A stretch of 64,000 nucleotides of DNA from Maridesulfovibrio sp. (lineage in GTDB: Bacteria > Desulfobacterota > Desulfovibrionia > Desulfovibrionales > Desulfovibrionaceae): positions 172,626 through 236,625 of the forward strand of contig CAXXRF010000002.1 in NCBI GenBank assembly GCA_963676495.2, written 5' to 3'. The translations under genes were made by a program, and so were the position numbers. The stretch's first letter is position 1; each line of letters starts with the position of its first letter. Shown here piece after piece: positions 10,076 through 20,275 of the stretch. The notes under the pieces are model-generated. The model made no database searches and was not told the origin of the DNA. It saw nothing but the letters and a program-made list of their open reading frames with translations.

Positions 10076-12544
10076 ATGCCGGACAGACATATTCTGGTAG
10101 TTGAGGATAGTCTTACTCAGGCAGTAAAGCTCGAGTTCATGCTTCACAACAAAGGCTTTGTTGTGTCGCTGGCGGCTACCGGAGAACAGGCTCTTGAAAT
10201 TCTGGGCAAGAAAAAGGTCGATCTGGTCATATCGGATGTTATCATGCCTGGCATGGACGGGTACGAGCTTTGTGAGAAAATCCGCAGCACTCCGGGGTTC
10301 GGCAAGATCCCGGTTATACTGCTGACCAGCCTGTCCGATCCCGGCGATATCGTAAGGGGCCTTAAGAGCGGTGCCACCAACTTTGTGACCAAGCCCTACG
10401 ATGAAGAGTTCCTGTTTGAACGAATTGAATCTCTGCTTAAATCCAGATCTTTTGAAAATGACCAGCCTGTGATGCAGGATGTAAATTTTGAATTTCATGG
10501 TGAAAAACATGAACTCAAGGCTGATTTCAATCAGGTCTTCCATCTGCTGCTTGCCACTTACGAAAATACTCTGCTGCAATCAAGACAGCTTGATACGGCC
10601 CATCGCAAGCTTGTTTCCCGCGAGGAGCAGCTCAGTTCAGTGCTGGCTTCCATGGCAGCTAAAATCGCGGTTCTTGATCCTGATCTCAAGCTGATAGCAG
10701 CCAATGAATCTTGGCGTGAACTTTTTACTCCCGGACGCAGTGAGGCTGAAATTGAGGGTGTTGATTTCGGGGAAGCCGTATCAACTTCCGGATGCCTCAG
10801 GGGGTCGCTCAACACTCTTGTTGAAGGTGTACGCTCAGTTATCAATGCCGAGACTGATAAATTTTCCTACGAGTATTCCCTTGATGGCGGTAGCGACAGC
10901 GGGGCGTGGTTCATGCTGGAAGTTACTCCCATGCGCGGCAAGTCCGGCGGTGCTGTGGCCTCGTTTATTGAGATTACAGAGCGCAAAAACATGGAAAGGG
11001 ATCTCATCGAAGCCCGCGACGCCGCTGAAAAGGCCAATCGTTTCAAGTCCCGCTTTCTTGCATCCATGAGTCATGAAATTCGTACTCCTCTCAATGCCGT
11101 AATTGGCATGACCGATTTAACACTGCGGTCCGGTCTTGAGCCTGAACAGGTTGAGAACCTTGAAATTGTCCGCCTTTCCGCTGACCAGCTGCTGACGCTG
11201 ATCAACGATATCCTTGACCTGTCCAAGGTTGAGGCCCGCATGCTCAAGCTGGAGAAAAAGGATTTCAGCCTTAGCGAAGCCTTTTACGCTGTAGTTAAGA
11301 GCATGGAGCAGCAGGCCCATGAGAAAAGGCTGATCATGAAGCTTGATCTGGATGAGGATGTGCCTGAAGTTGTCTGCGGTGACGAAGGACGCTTGAAGCA
11401 GATTTTGTACAACCTTGTGGGTAACTCCCTTAAATTTACAGAACAGGGCGGTATATTTGTTCAGGTTTCAACCCTTGATGGTCAGGGACATTCCGGTCAG
11501 GCTGTGCTGCAGGTGTCGGTCCGTGACACAGGTATCGGAATTCCTGAAGACAAGCAGGCAATAATTTTTGAGAGTTTCAGGCAGGCCGACGATACCACCA
11601 CACGCAAGTTCGGCGGCTCCGGACTCGGGCTGGCTATCTCCCGCGAGCTGGTGGAAATGATGGGCGGAGAGATCTGTGTACGCAGCTCTGAAGGGTATGG
11701 AAGTGTATTTACTTTCAGCGTCGTTCTTCAGCCCGGCGATCCATCCAAGGTCATTCATGAGCACAACAGGAAGAAGAATGATGTATCGGTTGCTACCGAC
11801 GTGGGATTTACAATTCTGCTGGTGGAAGACAATCCCATTAACGTCAAGGTTGCGACCAGTCTGCTCAAAAGAATGGGCCATACCATTGAAGTTGCCGGAA
11901 ACGGGGTTGAAGCTGTAAGCATGCTTTCCGGGCTTTCTATAGATCTTATCCTCATGGATCTTGAAATGCCTGAGATGGACGGTTTTGAGGCGGCCCGCCT
12001 TATCCGCATGGGAAAGGCCGGGGATGCTTCAAGGCGCATTCCCATTATCGCCATGTCTGCACATGCCATGGCCGGAGTTACCGATAAATGCATAAAATCA
12101 GGCATGAATGACTACATTGCAAAACCGGTTCAGTATCAGCAGCTTCAGGATATAATTCAGAAGAATATGAAATCGGTTCATACAGAGCCGGTAGTTGAAG
12201 TCTGCGAGCCTGCCGCTGTCGTCAATATTCTTGATCGTGATAAAGCCAATGACATGTACCACGGAGACAGCGGACTGTACTCTGAACTTTGCACAATGTT
12301 TTTGAACGATGTTGAGAAGGAAATAAACAGCCTTAGCGATGCATACAGCGACAAGGACCGTGATACAGCCAAACGTATTGCCCACACTCTTAAGGGCAGC
12401 TGTGCCGCAATCTGCGCCCCTCATGCTCGTGAAGCTGCTTTAAAGCTGGAAAAGGCCGTAATCAACGACGACCCGGAGGCAGTGCGAGGGTGTCTTGAAA
12501 AATTCAGAAGGGAATCTGAGCGGATCAGAAAAGAGCTTGCCTAG
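10076..12544 (+). CDS. Hybrid sensor kinase REC-PAS-HisKA-HATPase-REC-Hpt
   Basis: N-terminal REC, FLASMSHEIRTPLN, NLVGNSLKFT and GGSGLGL motifs, second REC, Hpt AHTLKGS. Confidence 0.92.
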   Translation: MPDRHILVVEDSLTQAVKLEFMLHNKGFVVSLAATGEQALEILGKKKVDLVISDVIMPGMDGYELCEKIRSTPGFGKIPVILLTSLSDPGDIVRGLKSGATNFVTKPYDEEFLFERIESLLKSRSFENDQPVMQDVNFEFHGEKHELKADFNQVFHLLLATYENTLLQSRQLDTAHRKLVSREEQLSSVLASMAAKIAVLDPDLKLIAANESWRELFTPGRSEAEIEGVDFGEAVSTSGCLRGSLNTLVEGVRSVINAETDKFSYEYSLDGGSDSGAWFMLEVTPMRGKSGGAVASFIEITERKNMERDLIEARDAAEKANRFKSRFLASMSHEIRTPLNAVIGMTDLTLRSGLEPEQVENLEIVRLSADQLLTLINDILDLSKVEARMLKLEKKDFSLSEAFYAVVKSMEQQAHEKRLIMKLDLDEDVPEVVCGDEGRLKQILYNLVGNSLKFTEQGGIFVQVSTLDGQGHSGQAVLQVSVRDTGIGIPEDKQAIIFESFRQADDTTTRKFGGSGLGLAISRELVEMMGGEICVRSSEGYGSVFTFSVVLQPGDPSKVIHEHNRKKNDVSVATDVGFTILLVEDNPINVKVATSLLKRMGHTIEVAGNGVEAVSMLSGLSIDLILMDLEMPEMDGFEAARLIRMGKAGDASRRIPIIAMSAHAMAGVTDKCIKSGMNDYIAKPVQYQQLQDIIQKNMKSVHTEPVVEVCEPAAVVNILDRDKANDMYHGDSGLYSELCTMFLNDVEKEINSLSDAYSDKDRDTAKRIAHTLKGSCAAICAPHAREAALKLEKAVINDDPEAVRGCLEKFRRESERIRKELA

Positions 12545-12557
12545 TTTATAGTCAAAC

Positions 12558-12592
12558 AAAAAGGTCCCTCTCTTGCGAGAGGGACCTTTTTT
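12558..12592. terminator. Bidirectional rho-independent terminator
   Basis: AAAAAGGTCCCTCTC-ttgc-GAGAGGGACCTTTTTT between convergent genes. Confidence 0.9.
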
Positions 12593-12617
12593 AAAAATCT
12601 ATCGTAATAGAGTGTGC

Positions 12618-12884
12618 CTACCAGCGAGGACGCTCTGCACGAGGTCTGGCTTCGTTAACCTTGAGGTTACGACCACCGAAGTCGGAGCCGTCGAGAGCTT
12701 CGATAGCTTCGATAGCTGCTGAATCGTCGTCCATTTCAACAAAGCCGAAACCACGGGGACGGCCAGTTTCACGATCTTCGATCAGTTTTACGGAGGATAC
12801 TGCTCCGTGAGTTTCGAAAGCTGCGCGAACGTCGTTTTCAGTTGCAGACCAGGGCAGATTGCCGACATAGATGTTCTTAGACAT
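12618..12884 (-). CDS. RNA-binding protein, RRM/RNP-1 family
   Basis: RNP2 IYVGNL and RNP1 RGFGFVEM; start MSKNIY at 12884. Confidence 0.95.
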   Translation of the reverse strand: MSKNIYVGNLPWSATENDVRAAFETHGAVSSVKLIEDRETGRPRGFGFVEMDDDSAAIEAIEALDGSDFGGRNLKVNEARPRAERPRW

Positions 12885-13095
12885 ATTAATTCCTGAGATA
12901 TTTGATGCTCTTGCATCCATTAAAAAGAAGCAGCGTACACGATGGGCACACTGCTTCTCGATATACCTGTTCTAATCAAATACGCACCGACCACATCACC
13001 GCGAAGGGCCGGGTGCTTCAAAAGCAACCTGAAACTAGTTTTGGAAATATGTCAAGAACTATTGTTAAATTTTTTATAGTCAGAGGAAAGATAAT

Positions 13096-13128
13096 AAAAA
13101 AGGCAGCCTGGATTTATCAGGCTGCCTT
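13096..13128 (-). terminator. Terminator of pgm
   Basis: AAGGCAGCCTG-N7-CAGGCTGCCTT with a T tract on the minus strand. Confidence 0.8.
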
Positions 13129-13150
13129 GTGCTTTTGATTATAATTGTTG

Positions 13151-14800
13151 CTACTTTAGAGCCACCGCAAAAGCGGCATTGACGATTTTGGCTGCTTCTT
13201 CCTGAATGGCTACAAGGTGGGCAAGTCCTTTGAAAGACTCTGCGTAGATCTTGTAAATGGATTCGGTTCCGGAAGGACGCGCAGCAAACCATCCGTTTTC
13301 GGTGACGACTTTCAGTCCGCCGATGGCTTCGCCGTTGCCCGGAGCGGCAGTGAGGCGTTCCTCGATCTTTTCTCCGGCAAGGGTCTTGGCCTGAACCATA
13401 TCCGGGGTCAGGATGCTGAATGCTTTTTTCTGCTCATCGGTAGCCGGGGTATCGATCCTCTTATAGATCGGGCTGCCGAAGTCCTTTTCAAGTGCAGTAT
13501 AGTGCTCTCCGGGATCCTTGCCGGTGATGGCGGTAATCTCAGCGGCCAGCAGGTTCATGATGATGCCGTCTTTGTCTGTGGTCCAGGCGGTTCCGTCCTT
13601 TCTGAGGAAGGATGCACCTGCACTTTCTTCACCGCCGAAACCGCAGGTTCCTTCAAGAAGCGGATCAACAAACCATTTGAACCCGACAGGTACTTCCATA
13701 AGCGGACGGCCGATGGAATGAGCCACGCGGTCAATCATGGAACTGGAAACAAGTGTCTTGCCGACTGTGAGGTCCTTTTTCCACTGCGGTCTGTTCTTGT
13801 ACAGGTACTCAATGGCAACTGACAGGTAGTGGTTGGGGTTCATCAGTCCGCGGCTTTTGGTGACAATGCCGTGGCGGTCCGTATCCGGGTCGTTGGCAAA
13901 GGAGATGTCGAATTTGTCTTTGAGCTCGATGAGTCCTGCCATGGCGTAGGGGGAAGAGCAGTCCATACGGATCTTGCCGTCCTTGTCCACGTGCATGAAG
14001 GCATACATGGGGTCGAGTTTTTTGTTCACCACGCTCAGGTTGAGCTTGTATCTTTCCGCAATCGGCTCCCAGAAATCAATGGCAGCACCTCCGAGTGGAT
14101 CTACGCCGATGCTCAGTCCTGCGGATGCAATTGCTTCCATGTCAACGATGTTCTCAAGGTCGTTGATATAGGGAGTGGCAAAATCGTATTCCTTGGTTGT
14201 GTCTGCGGCAAGAGCGCGATCCATGGGGATGCGTTTGACGGCCTTGAGTCCGCTCTTGAGGATTTCATTGGCCCTGTTCTGGATTGTGCTGGTAACGCCT
14301 GTACCGGCCGGTCCGCCGCTGGGCGGGTTGTATTTGAAGCCGCCATCGCGGGGCGGGTTGTGGGACGGGGTGATAACAACACCGTCTGAAAAGCCTTCCC
14401 TGCGGACTCGGTTATAGCTCAAAATGGCATGGGAAATGGCCGGAGTGGGAGTGTACCCTTTGTCGTTGATCAGTACGGTAACTCCGTTTGCAGCGAAAAC
14501 CTCCAGTGCGGAAATCTGTGCAGGTTCCGAAAGTGCATGCGGGTCCTTACCCATGAAAAGCGGACCTGTGTAGCCCATGGATTTTCTGTATTCGCAGATG
14601 GACTGGGCTATTGCCAGAATGTGATCTTCGTTGAAGGAGCCGTCCAGTGAGGAACCCCGGTGTCCGGAAGTTCCGAAGGAAACGAGCTGGGAATCATAAG
14701 ATGGATCCGGCTTGACAGTGTAATATGCAGATACCAGTTTGGGTATGTTTTCCAGGATTTCAGCCGGTGCCGGCTTTCCTGCATAGGCGCTGAGTGACAT
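13151..14800 (-). CDS. pgm: Phosphoglucomutase (alpha-D-glucose-1,6-bisphosphate-dependent)
   Basis: [20 protein letters not shown] and GGEESAG motifs. Confidence 0.97.
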   Translation of the reverse strand: MSLSAYAGKPAPAEILENIPKLVSAYYTVKPDPSYDSQLVSFGTSGHRGSSLDGSFNEDHILAIAQSICEYRKSMGYTGPLFMGKDPHALSEPAQISALEVFAANGVTVLINDKGYTPTPAISHAILSYNRVRREGFSDGVVITPSHNPPRDGGFKYNPPSGGPAGTGVTSTIQNRANEILKSGLKAVKRIPMDRALAADTTKEYDFATPYINDLENIVDMEAIASAGLSIGVDPLGGAAIDFWEPIAERYKLNLSVVNKKLDPMYAFMHVDKDGKIRMDCSSPYAMAGLIELKDKFDISFANDPDTDRHGIVTKSRGLMNPNHYLSVAIEYLYKNRPQWKKDLTVGKTLVSSSMIDRVAHSIGRPLMEVPVGFKWFVDPLLEGTCGFGGEESAGASFLRKDGTAWTTDKDGIIMNLLAAEITAITGKDPGEHYTALEKDFGSPIYKRIDTPATDEQKKAFSILTPDMVQAKTLAGEKIEERLTAAPGNGEAIGGLKVVTENGWFAARPSGTESIYKIYAESFKGLAHLVAIQEEAAKIVNAAFAVALK

Positions 14801-15254
14801 TTAGTCCTCCGGGTTTGTATGTACAGATGGAGAATATCAGAGAAATATAAAAAAACAATAGTTGCCGGATTTTTTTTGTTTGATTGTAACTTCCGGCTTT
14901 CAGCTCTCGGGTTTTGTTACAAGTAACAGGTTGATGATCACTTTGTCCATAAAACCTGTCGTTGATAAGCGGTAAAATTATTACCACGTTACTACTTAAT
15001 GCTGTGATATAAAGATAGTTTTTGGAAATAAGGATCTAAGTACTGATCTTCCCCGGTAGGGGCGCAGGCTGCCGTGTTCATGGTGATTCGGAGCTGATCC
15101 GATCCGCTGCACGACCGTCTCCCCGCGGGTTTAATTTTTCCGGGCTACGGCAAAATTGTGTGCAGGCTGCTTTTGTCATTTGCAATGATATGCTAGAGTT
15201 CAGGCTGAGTTCTATTTTGAATTATGGTCCGGTAGCAGACTTTCAGGAGTTGAT

Positions 15255-15533
15255 ATGTTCAGTGAGATCGAATTGCTCACCTTGCTTGGAGGAATCGTTG
15301 TTCTTGGTTTTGCATTATGGAACAGGGAGTTTTTAAAGAAAATTCCTGATGCGGCTATTCTCATGGGGTCGTACGGCTGTTTTTTGATTGCATGGTTTTC
15401 AACTTTTGCAGAGTCTTTTGTTTTTCCTGATTTCTTCAACATTACCGAACATTCCATGTATGCCGCCGGAAGTATCCTGCTATGCCTTTGGTGTTATCGC
15501 TCCTTATGGTCAAGGGGGGATGAACGTGAATAG
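15255..15533 (+). CDS. Small 3-TM membrane protein
   Basis: 92 aa with three hydrophobic segments; AGGAG RBS; overlaps the start of the downstream kinase. Confidence 0.6.
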   Translation: MFSEIELLTLLGGIVVLGFALWNREFLKKIPDAAILMGSYGCFLIAWFSTFAESFVFPDFFNITEHSMYAAGSILLCLWCYRSLWSRGDERE

Positions 15534-17358
15534 GTATATTGCCGCAATTGATTTTTTTACCTTGAGTGTGACACTTGGAATTCTTGCCATGTGCTTTTTC
15601 TCCGGAGCCAGGAAGCTGTCCAAGCAGACAGGGGGTGCTTTTTTTGTTTTGGCGGGATCTCTTGCGGCGTACCATATTCTCCTGAGTATTGAATGGCTGG
15701 GAATAACCGACAGGCTGGATTCCCTTGAAGACTACATCGGGGCCCTTTTGCCTCTCTGCTGGTTCTTTGTGTTTTACGTGATAACCCAGTCAAGCATAGT
15801 CAGGGAGCTGGCGGAAAGCGAACGCAGGCTGTCTTATTCCATTGAAGCAACCAGTGACGGGTTATGGGACTGGGATATGGCGTCAGGAGACGTATACTTC
15901 AGCCCCCAGTGGTATACCATGCTGGGATATTTCCCGTATGAACTGCCGTCAAATTACGAAACATGGAGAAAACTACTGCACCCAGATGATCTTGAATATG
16001 CAGAGAGCGAGGTAAAAAGACATATAGACAGCAAGATTCCGTTCAGGATTGAACTCAGGATGAAAACAAAAGAAGGAAAATGGCGCTGGGTGCTGACGAG
16101 AGGAAAGGTTGTGGAGTGGGCATCAGACGGTGCTCCCCGGCGGGTGGTAGGGACACATGTAGACGTCACGCAGCGGAAGGAGCGTGAAGTCCAGATAAGG
16201 AAGCTGCAGCAGTCCCTTTCCAGTATAATTGCTTCGGTCCCCTCGGTTCTGATTGTTGTTGATTCAGAAATGGAAGTGACTTTGTGGAACTACAGGGCTG
16301 AACTTGAAACCGGAATTACGGCTGATAAAGCCACCGGCCAGCAGTTGTTCAAGGTTTTTCCCCGTCTGGAGAGGGATTCTGCCTTTATTTCTCAGGCAAT
16401 ATCATGCGGCGTTACACAGGTGGACGGTCACAGGCTTTCGACCAAAAATGATCGTGAAGTATATGAAGATCTTACCGTTTCCCCCTTGCTGACTGAAGAC
16501 CTGCAGGGAACCATAATCCAGATTACCGACGTGACGGAAAGGGTTCAGATGGAAGAAATGATAATTCAATCTGAGAAGATGTTGTCATTGGGAGGACTTG
16601 CTGCCGGGCTGGCTCACGAGATCAATTCTCCTTTAAGTGGAATTACGGCTTCGGCCCAGAATCTGAAAAGGCGCCTGCTCGAAGATTTGTATAAAAATGC
16701 CGAGATAGCAGGAGAGTGCAACATTCTGCTGGAAAAAATACATTGCTACATGGAAAAGCGGTCTATTCCGAATATGATCAATTCCATTGCTGAGGCAAGC
16801 ATCAGGACATCCAATCTTGTCCGCAATGTCTTGAGCTTCAGTCGCAAGAGTGCCGGTCACAAAGAGCCGGTTTCACTGCCGGAGCTTCTTGAGACCACAT
16901 ACGAGCTTGCAGCAAGCGATCACCAGATATCAAAGCTGGGACTCGGAGCTGTGAAGGTTGAGCGTTTTTATTCCAGTCAGCTGCCTTTGGTCCTTGTTGA
17001 TTCAAGTATGATGCAGCAGGTTTATTTCAACGTGTTCAGAAACTGTCTGGAAGCAATGGCCGAGAAGGAATATAAAGATACTGGCCCCGGATTCATGCTT
17101 AGGGCTTATGCTGAGAATAGTCAGGCCGTTGTTGAAATTGAAGATAACGGTCCGGGCATGGTTGAAGAGGTCCGGTTGAAGGTTTTCAATGCTTTTTTCA
17201 CCACCAAGGCCCACGGTTCCGGTACCGGGCTGGGGCTTTCCATCTCGTATTTTATCGTAACCGAATTGCATCGGGGCAGTATGGAGGTTGTATCAACTCC
17301 GGGGGAATTTACTCGTTTTATAATCAGGATTCCCCTGCCGGATGAAGCAGGCATGTAG
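15520..17358 (+). CDS. Membrane-bound PAS/PAC sensor histidine kinase
   Basis: 3 TM segments, PAS3 (DGLWDWD...LHPDD), EKMLSLGGLAAGLAHEINSPL, DNGPG and GTGLGL; start at 15520 or 15526 after GGGGGG. Confidence 0.9.
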   Translation: MNVNRYIAAIDFFTLSVTLGILAMCFFSGARKLSKQTGGAFFVLAGSLAAYHILLSIEWLGITDRLDSLEDYIGALLPLCWFFVFYVITQSSIVRELAESERRLSYSIEATSDGLWDWDMASGDVYFSPQWYTMLGYFPYELPSNYETWRKLLHPDDLEYAESEVKRHIDSKIPFRIELRMKTKEGKWRWVLTRGKVVEWASDGAPRRVVGTHVDVTQRKEREVQIRKLQQSLSSIIASVPSVLIVVDSEMEVTLWNYRAELETGITADKATGQQLFKVFPRLERDSAFISQAISCGVTQVDGHRLSTKNDREVYEDLTVSPLLTEDLQGTIIQITDVTERVQMEEMIIQSEKMLSLGGLAAGLAHEINSPLSGITASAQNLKRRLLEDLYKNAEIAGECNILLEKIHCYMEKRSIPNMINSIAEASIRTSNLVRNVLSFSRKSAGHKEPVSLPELLETTYELAASDHQISKLGLGAVKVERFYSSQLPLVLVDSSMMQQVYFNVFRNCLEAMAEKEYKDTGPGFMLRAYAENSQAVVEIEDNGPGMVEEVRLKVFNAFFTTKAHGSGTGLGLSISYFIVTELHRGSMEVVSTPGEFTRFIIRIPLPDEAGM

Positions 17359-17400
17359 GTTGCGGTTTCAGGATGCTGTGCGGGATGATCTTTTCCATGT

Positions 17401-17850
17401 TTAAACGGACCGAAAAATAAAGTCCCAGTTAAGGTATGTGCCGTAAAGAAAACAGTATCCTGTTATCATTGCGATGATGGAGAAAAAGATTTCCTTGATT
17501 TCCACCCTGTGCGGTCTGGTCAATAACTGGAACAGCTGGATAGGCAGAATCAGGCCGCGAAGAGAAAAAATGGAACCGATAATGATCAGTATAGGCCCGA
17601 GAAACGGCATACGGGTAATCTCCCCTGCACCGGAAAATGCGTAAAGCCCGAACATTGCAATGACCGTAGCAATGAATGCCGTGACCAGAGTGGGGATGAT
17701 TGACTGCTGTTCCGCCAGTGTACTCAAATCCTCACCCGCGCCGAAATAGCGATAAGCCGACGGGCCTACGATGATTATCATCACGTGCAGGATGGCTATG
17801 AGGAAGCATACAGTTCCCCCGAAATTGAGAAGAGTGGTCGGGTCGTACAT
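17401..17850 (-). CDS. Hypothetical 4-TM membrane protein
   Basis: 149 aa hydrophobic ORF (LHVMIIIVGPSAYRYFGAGE, YAFSGAG). Confidence 0.7.
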   Translation of the reverse strand: MYDPTTLLNFGGTVCFLIAILHVMIIIVGPSAYRYFGAGEDLSTLAEQQSIIPTLVTAFIATVIAMFGLYAFSGAGEITRMPFLGPILIIIGSIFSLRGLILPIQLFQLLTRPHRVEIKEIFFSIIAMITGYCFLYGTYLNWDFIFRSV

Positions 17851-17862
17851 TTTCAGTCCGTC

Positions 17863-18324
17863 TTATGGATACCGCGGGCGTGTGGATTGAAGTTCGATAT
17901 AAGCGTCCACGCCACGGTCCTTCATGATCTCGTTGTTCTGCTGCCAGCGCCCGAGAAGAACTTCGGGCAGTCCTGTTTTTCCGCATTCAGGAAATTCGGC
18001 GCACTCATAACAGAATTCAATTTCCATGGATTTAACGCAATCTGCAACATTGCACTGGGGCAGGCAGGTACGCTTTTCGGACCTGCATCCGTCACATGAA
18101 GGGCTGCTTAATGAATCCAACAGCTCCCTGAACTGCGGGTAATTTTTCATTGCAGGGTTGAACGCAGCTAGCCGCTGAGCATAATTCTGGAAATTAGGGC
18201 CCAGAATTTCAGCAATCTGTGCTGCATTTTCGGCGGTTTTTCCGGCAGAGCACCCCACGCAGCGGGAACAGTCGAGGCCGCAGGGGGCAATCAGTTTTCG
18301 AGATGTGGCGGTCGTCTTTTGCAT
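17863..18324 (-). CDS. Cys-rich DUF3795-type protein
   Basis: IAPCGLDCSRC...CDGCR...C...C..C...FCYECAEFPEC pattern. Confidence 0.8.
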   Translation of the reverse strand: MQKTTATSRKLIAPCGLDCSRCVGCSAGKTAENAAQIAEILGPNFQNYAQRLAAFNPAMKNYPQFRELLDSLSSPSCDGCRSEKRTCLPQCNVADCVKSMEIEFCYECAEFPECGKTGLPEVLLGRWQQNNEIMKDRGVDAYIELQSTRPRYP

Positions 18325-18560
18325 GGGAAAGGCCTTTTTTTGAAAGAAAGCAGAAGTTTCAGCCTGTATGGGAACTCTCCATTTTGAGAAAATATAAACC
18401 AGAACCGTATAAATTACGAGGGGGAGACAGACTGAAAATACAGGCTGTTGGAAAATTATATTCGCCGGATGACATGACCGGTGAAATGAGGATAAGCGGA
18501 TGCTCTTTATACCACGGGCTGGAGGGAATACTTAAAATCTTGATTTGAGTTGACCAAAGT

Positions 18561-18575
18561 GTTTAGCTGCTATAC
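18561..18575. promoter_or_regulatory. Putative MarR operator (copy 1)
   Basis: GTTTAG-ctg-CTATAC imperfect palindrome just downstream of TTGACC (18550) and upstream of marR. Confidence 0.6.
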
Positions 18576-18585
18576 ACATCGTTGT

Positions 18586-19044
18586 ATGAGATCATTTGAA
18601 GACATCAGACAGGATATGGCAATGGTTATGAAGGGACTTGAGCGTTATGTAAGAATCGCGAAGGTTCCGGTGGATTTTGGTACAGGCCAGCTTCTCAATC
18701 CATCTGAAGTGCACATGCTGGCAACTGTCTGCACCCATGAGGACATAACCGTTACCGATATTGCCGGAATCAACGATATAACCAAGGGCGCTGTATCCCA
18801 GACCATTGCCAAGCTCGAGAAGAAAGGGCTTGTCTACAGGGAAGCATCATCCGAGAACCTTTCCAAACAGTTTTTACGGCAGACCGAAGAAGGGCAGAAA
18901 ACACATGATGCCCACATGAAGTTTCACGAAGAACACGATAAGGAATTCATAGCCTATATGACTTCCCTTAGTGAGCATGATTACAGGATAGTAAGTGAGT
19001 TCTGTAGCCGGTTTCACGACTGGATGCATAAATATAAGGTTTAA
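18586..19044 (+). CDS. MarR family transcriptional regulator
   Basis: LNPSEVHML...ITKGAVSQTIAKLEKKGLV...TEEG wHTH. Confidence 0.9.
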   Translation: MRSFEDIRQDMAMVMKGLERYVRIAKVPVDFGTGQLLNPSEVHMLATVCTHEDITVTDIAGINDITKGAVSQTIAKLEKKGLVYREASSENLSKQFLRQTEEGQKTHDAHMKFHEEHDKEFIAYMTSLSEHDYRIVSEFCSRFHDWMHKYKV

Positions 19045-19060
19045 TTTTTTTACATCATGA

Positions 19061-19075
19061 GTTTAGCAACTAAAC
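19061..19075. promoter_or_regulatory. Putative MarR operator (copy 2)
   Basis: Perfect palindrome GTTTAG-caa-CTAAAC upstream of the methyltransferase RBS. Confidence 0.65.
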
Positions 19076-19092
19076 ACTACCGGAGGAAGTCT

Positions 19093-20106
19093 ATGAATCT
19101 TCAAAAACCGAACACCTCATTCAGCCATGTGGAAACTGCCGCCATGCAGACCGTTGGAGTTTACGGACTTATAGAGGCGGTGAAGATGAATCTCTTTGAT
19201 CATATAGATAAAGACGCCTTGAGCGCGGATGAACTGGCCGGAAAACTTGGGGCTGCCCCGGCTATAATGTCTGCAATGCTGGATCTGTTTGTAGAAATGG
19301 GCATTATAACTTCAAGGGACGGCGGCTACAAAACCAATGAGATGAGTTCAGAATATCTGGTCAGCACCTCACCGTTTTATCAGGGACAGGGGCTGACGAT
19401 GGAATATGAAATGTGCAGCCAGCTTAGCGGCCAGTTTTCCTACATACTCAAGGGAGAATCTCCTGACCGTGAAGGTAGTGATGAAGCATGGGCAACACAG
19501 GAAATGATGGAAGGGACATTACAGCATGCATTGGACGGACAGTTGCAGGAAGCAGTTGAATATATAACTTCACTTCCCGAGTTCAAGGGATTTCGGAAAA
19601 TGGCTGATATCGGAGGCAATCACTGCCAGTACTCCATTGAACTGCTGAAAAGAAACCGATCCCTGAGCAGCACTGTGCTCGACCTTCCGCATGTGGTGCA
19701 GGCTTCAGGTGAGCGTTGCAGCAGGCTCGGATTCGGGGATAGAATTAAATGCACCGGTTTTGATATGCGCAGCGGGGATCTGCCTGATACAGGTTTTGAT
19801 TTCATTTTTTCCTCCCACGTTCTTTATGGCTGCATTGATATGATGGGTGAGTTTCTTGATAGTGTGCTAAGGGCGCTAAACAGCGGGGGAGTATTTGTTT
19901 CCCACCATTATGCACCTGAGTGCTCTGCTTCGCCGCTATATAGAACCAGTGTGGAACTCGTAACCCGGCTTTGCGGGTATGATACCCACTTTATCCCGCA
20001 GGAGATGCTGGAAAATGAATTGAAGAAGGCCGGTTTTGTGAATCTTGAGCGGACCGTAACCGGCTCGGCAAAGAGAACCCTGCTCGTTGTCGCCCGCAAG
20101 CCCTAG
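19093..20106 (+). CDS. SAM-dependent O-methyltransferase (dimerisation domain + Methyltransf_2)
   Basis: N-terminal wHTH dimerisation region, ADIGGNH and VLDLPHV motifs; GGAGG RBS. Confidence 0.85.
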   Translation: MNLQKPNTSFSHVETAAMQTVGVYGLIEAVKMNLFDHIDKDALSADELAGKLGAAPAIMSAMLDLFVEMGIITSRDGGYKTNEMSSEYLVSTSPFYQGQGLTMEYEMCSQLSGQFSYILKGESPDREGSDEAWATQEMMEGTLQHALDGQLQEAVEYITSLPEFKGFRKMADIGGNHCQYSIELLKRNRSLSSTVLDLPHVVQASGERCSRLGFGDRIKCTGFDMRSGDLPDTGFDFIFSSHVLYGCIDMMGEFLDSVLRALNSGGVFVSHHYAPECSASPLYRTSVELVTRLCGYDTHFIPQEMLENELKKAGFVNLERTVTGSAKRTLLVVARKP

Positions 20107-20128
20107 TCTGTTCAGGCTGGATAGTACG

Positions 20129-20165
20129 AAAAAAGCCCGTAATATCATTCGATATTACGGGCTTT
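20129..20165. terminator. Bidirectional terminator
   Basis: AAAGCCCGTAATATC-attc-GATATTACGGGCTTT. Confidence 0.85.
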
Positions 20166-20275
20166 AAAGTCTTTATCAATGACCTGTCCATGTAATTGGT
20201 AAAAGAACCGTCACATGTACTCAGGCCTTTTGAGGCATCCTCTGGAGGCCGTAGGCAGAACTGCCAAATGGCGTT

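Noticed and set aside
13217-14650. Several plus-strand ORFs
   Set aside because: Antisense to pgm; codon-bias artefact
15050-15160. GC-rich patch considered as a c-di-GMP riboswitch
   Set aside because: Lacks the GEMM consensus (GGCAAAC...GAAA...GACGCAAAG)
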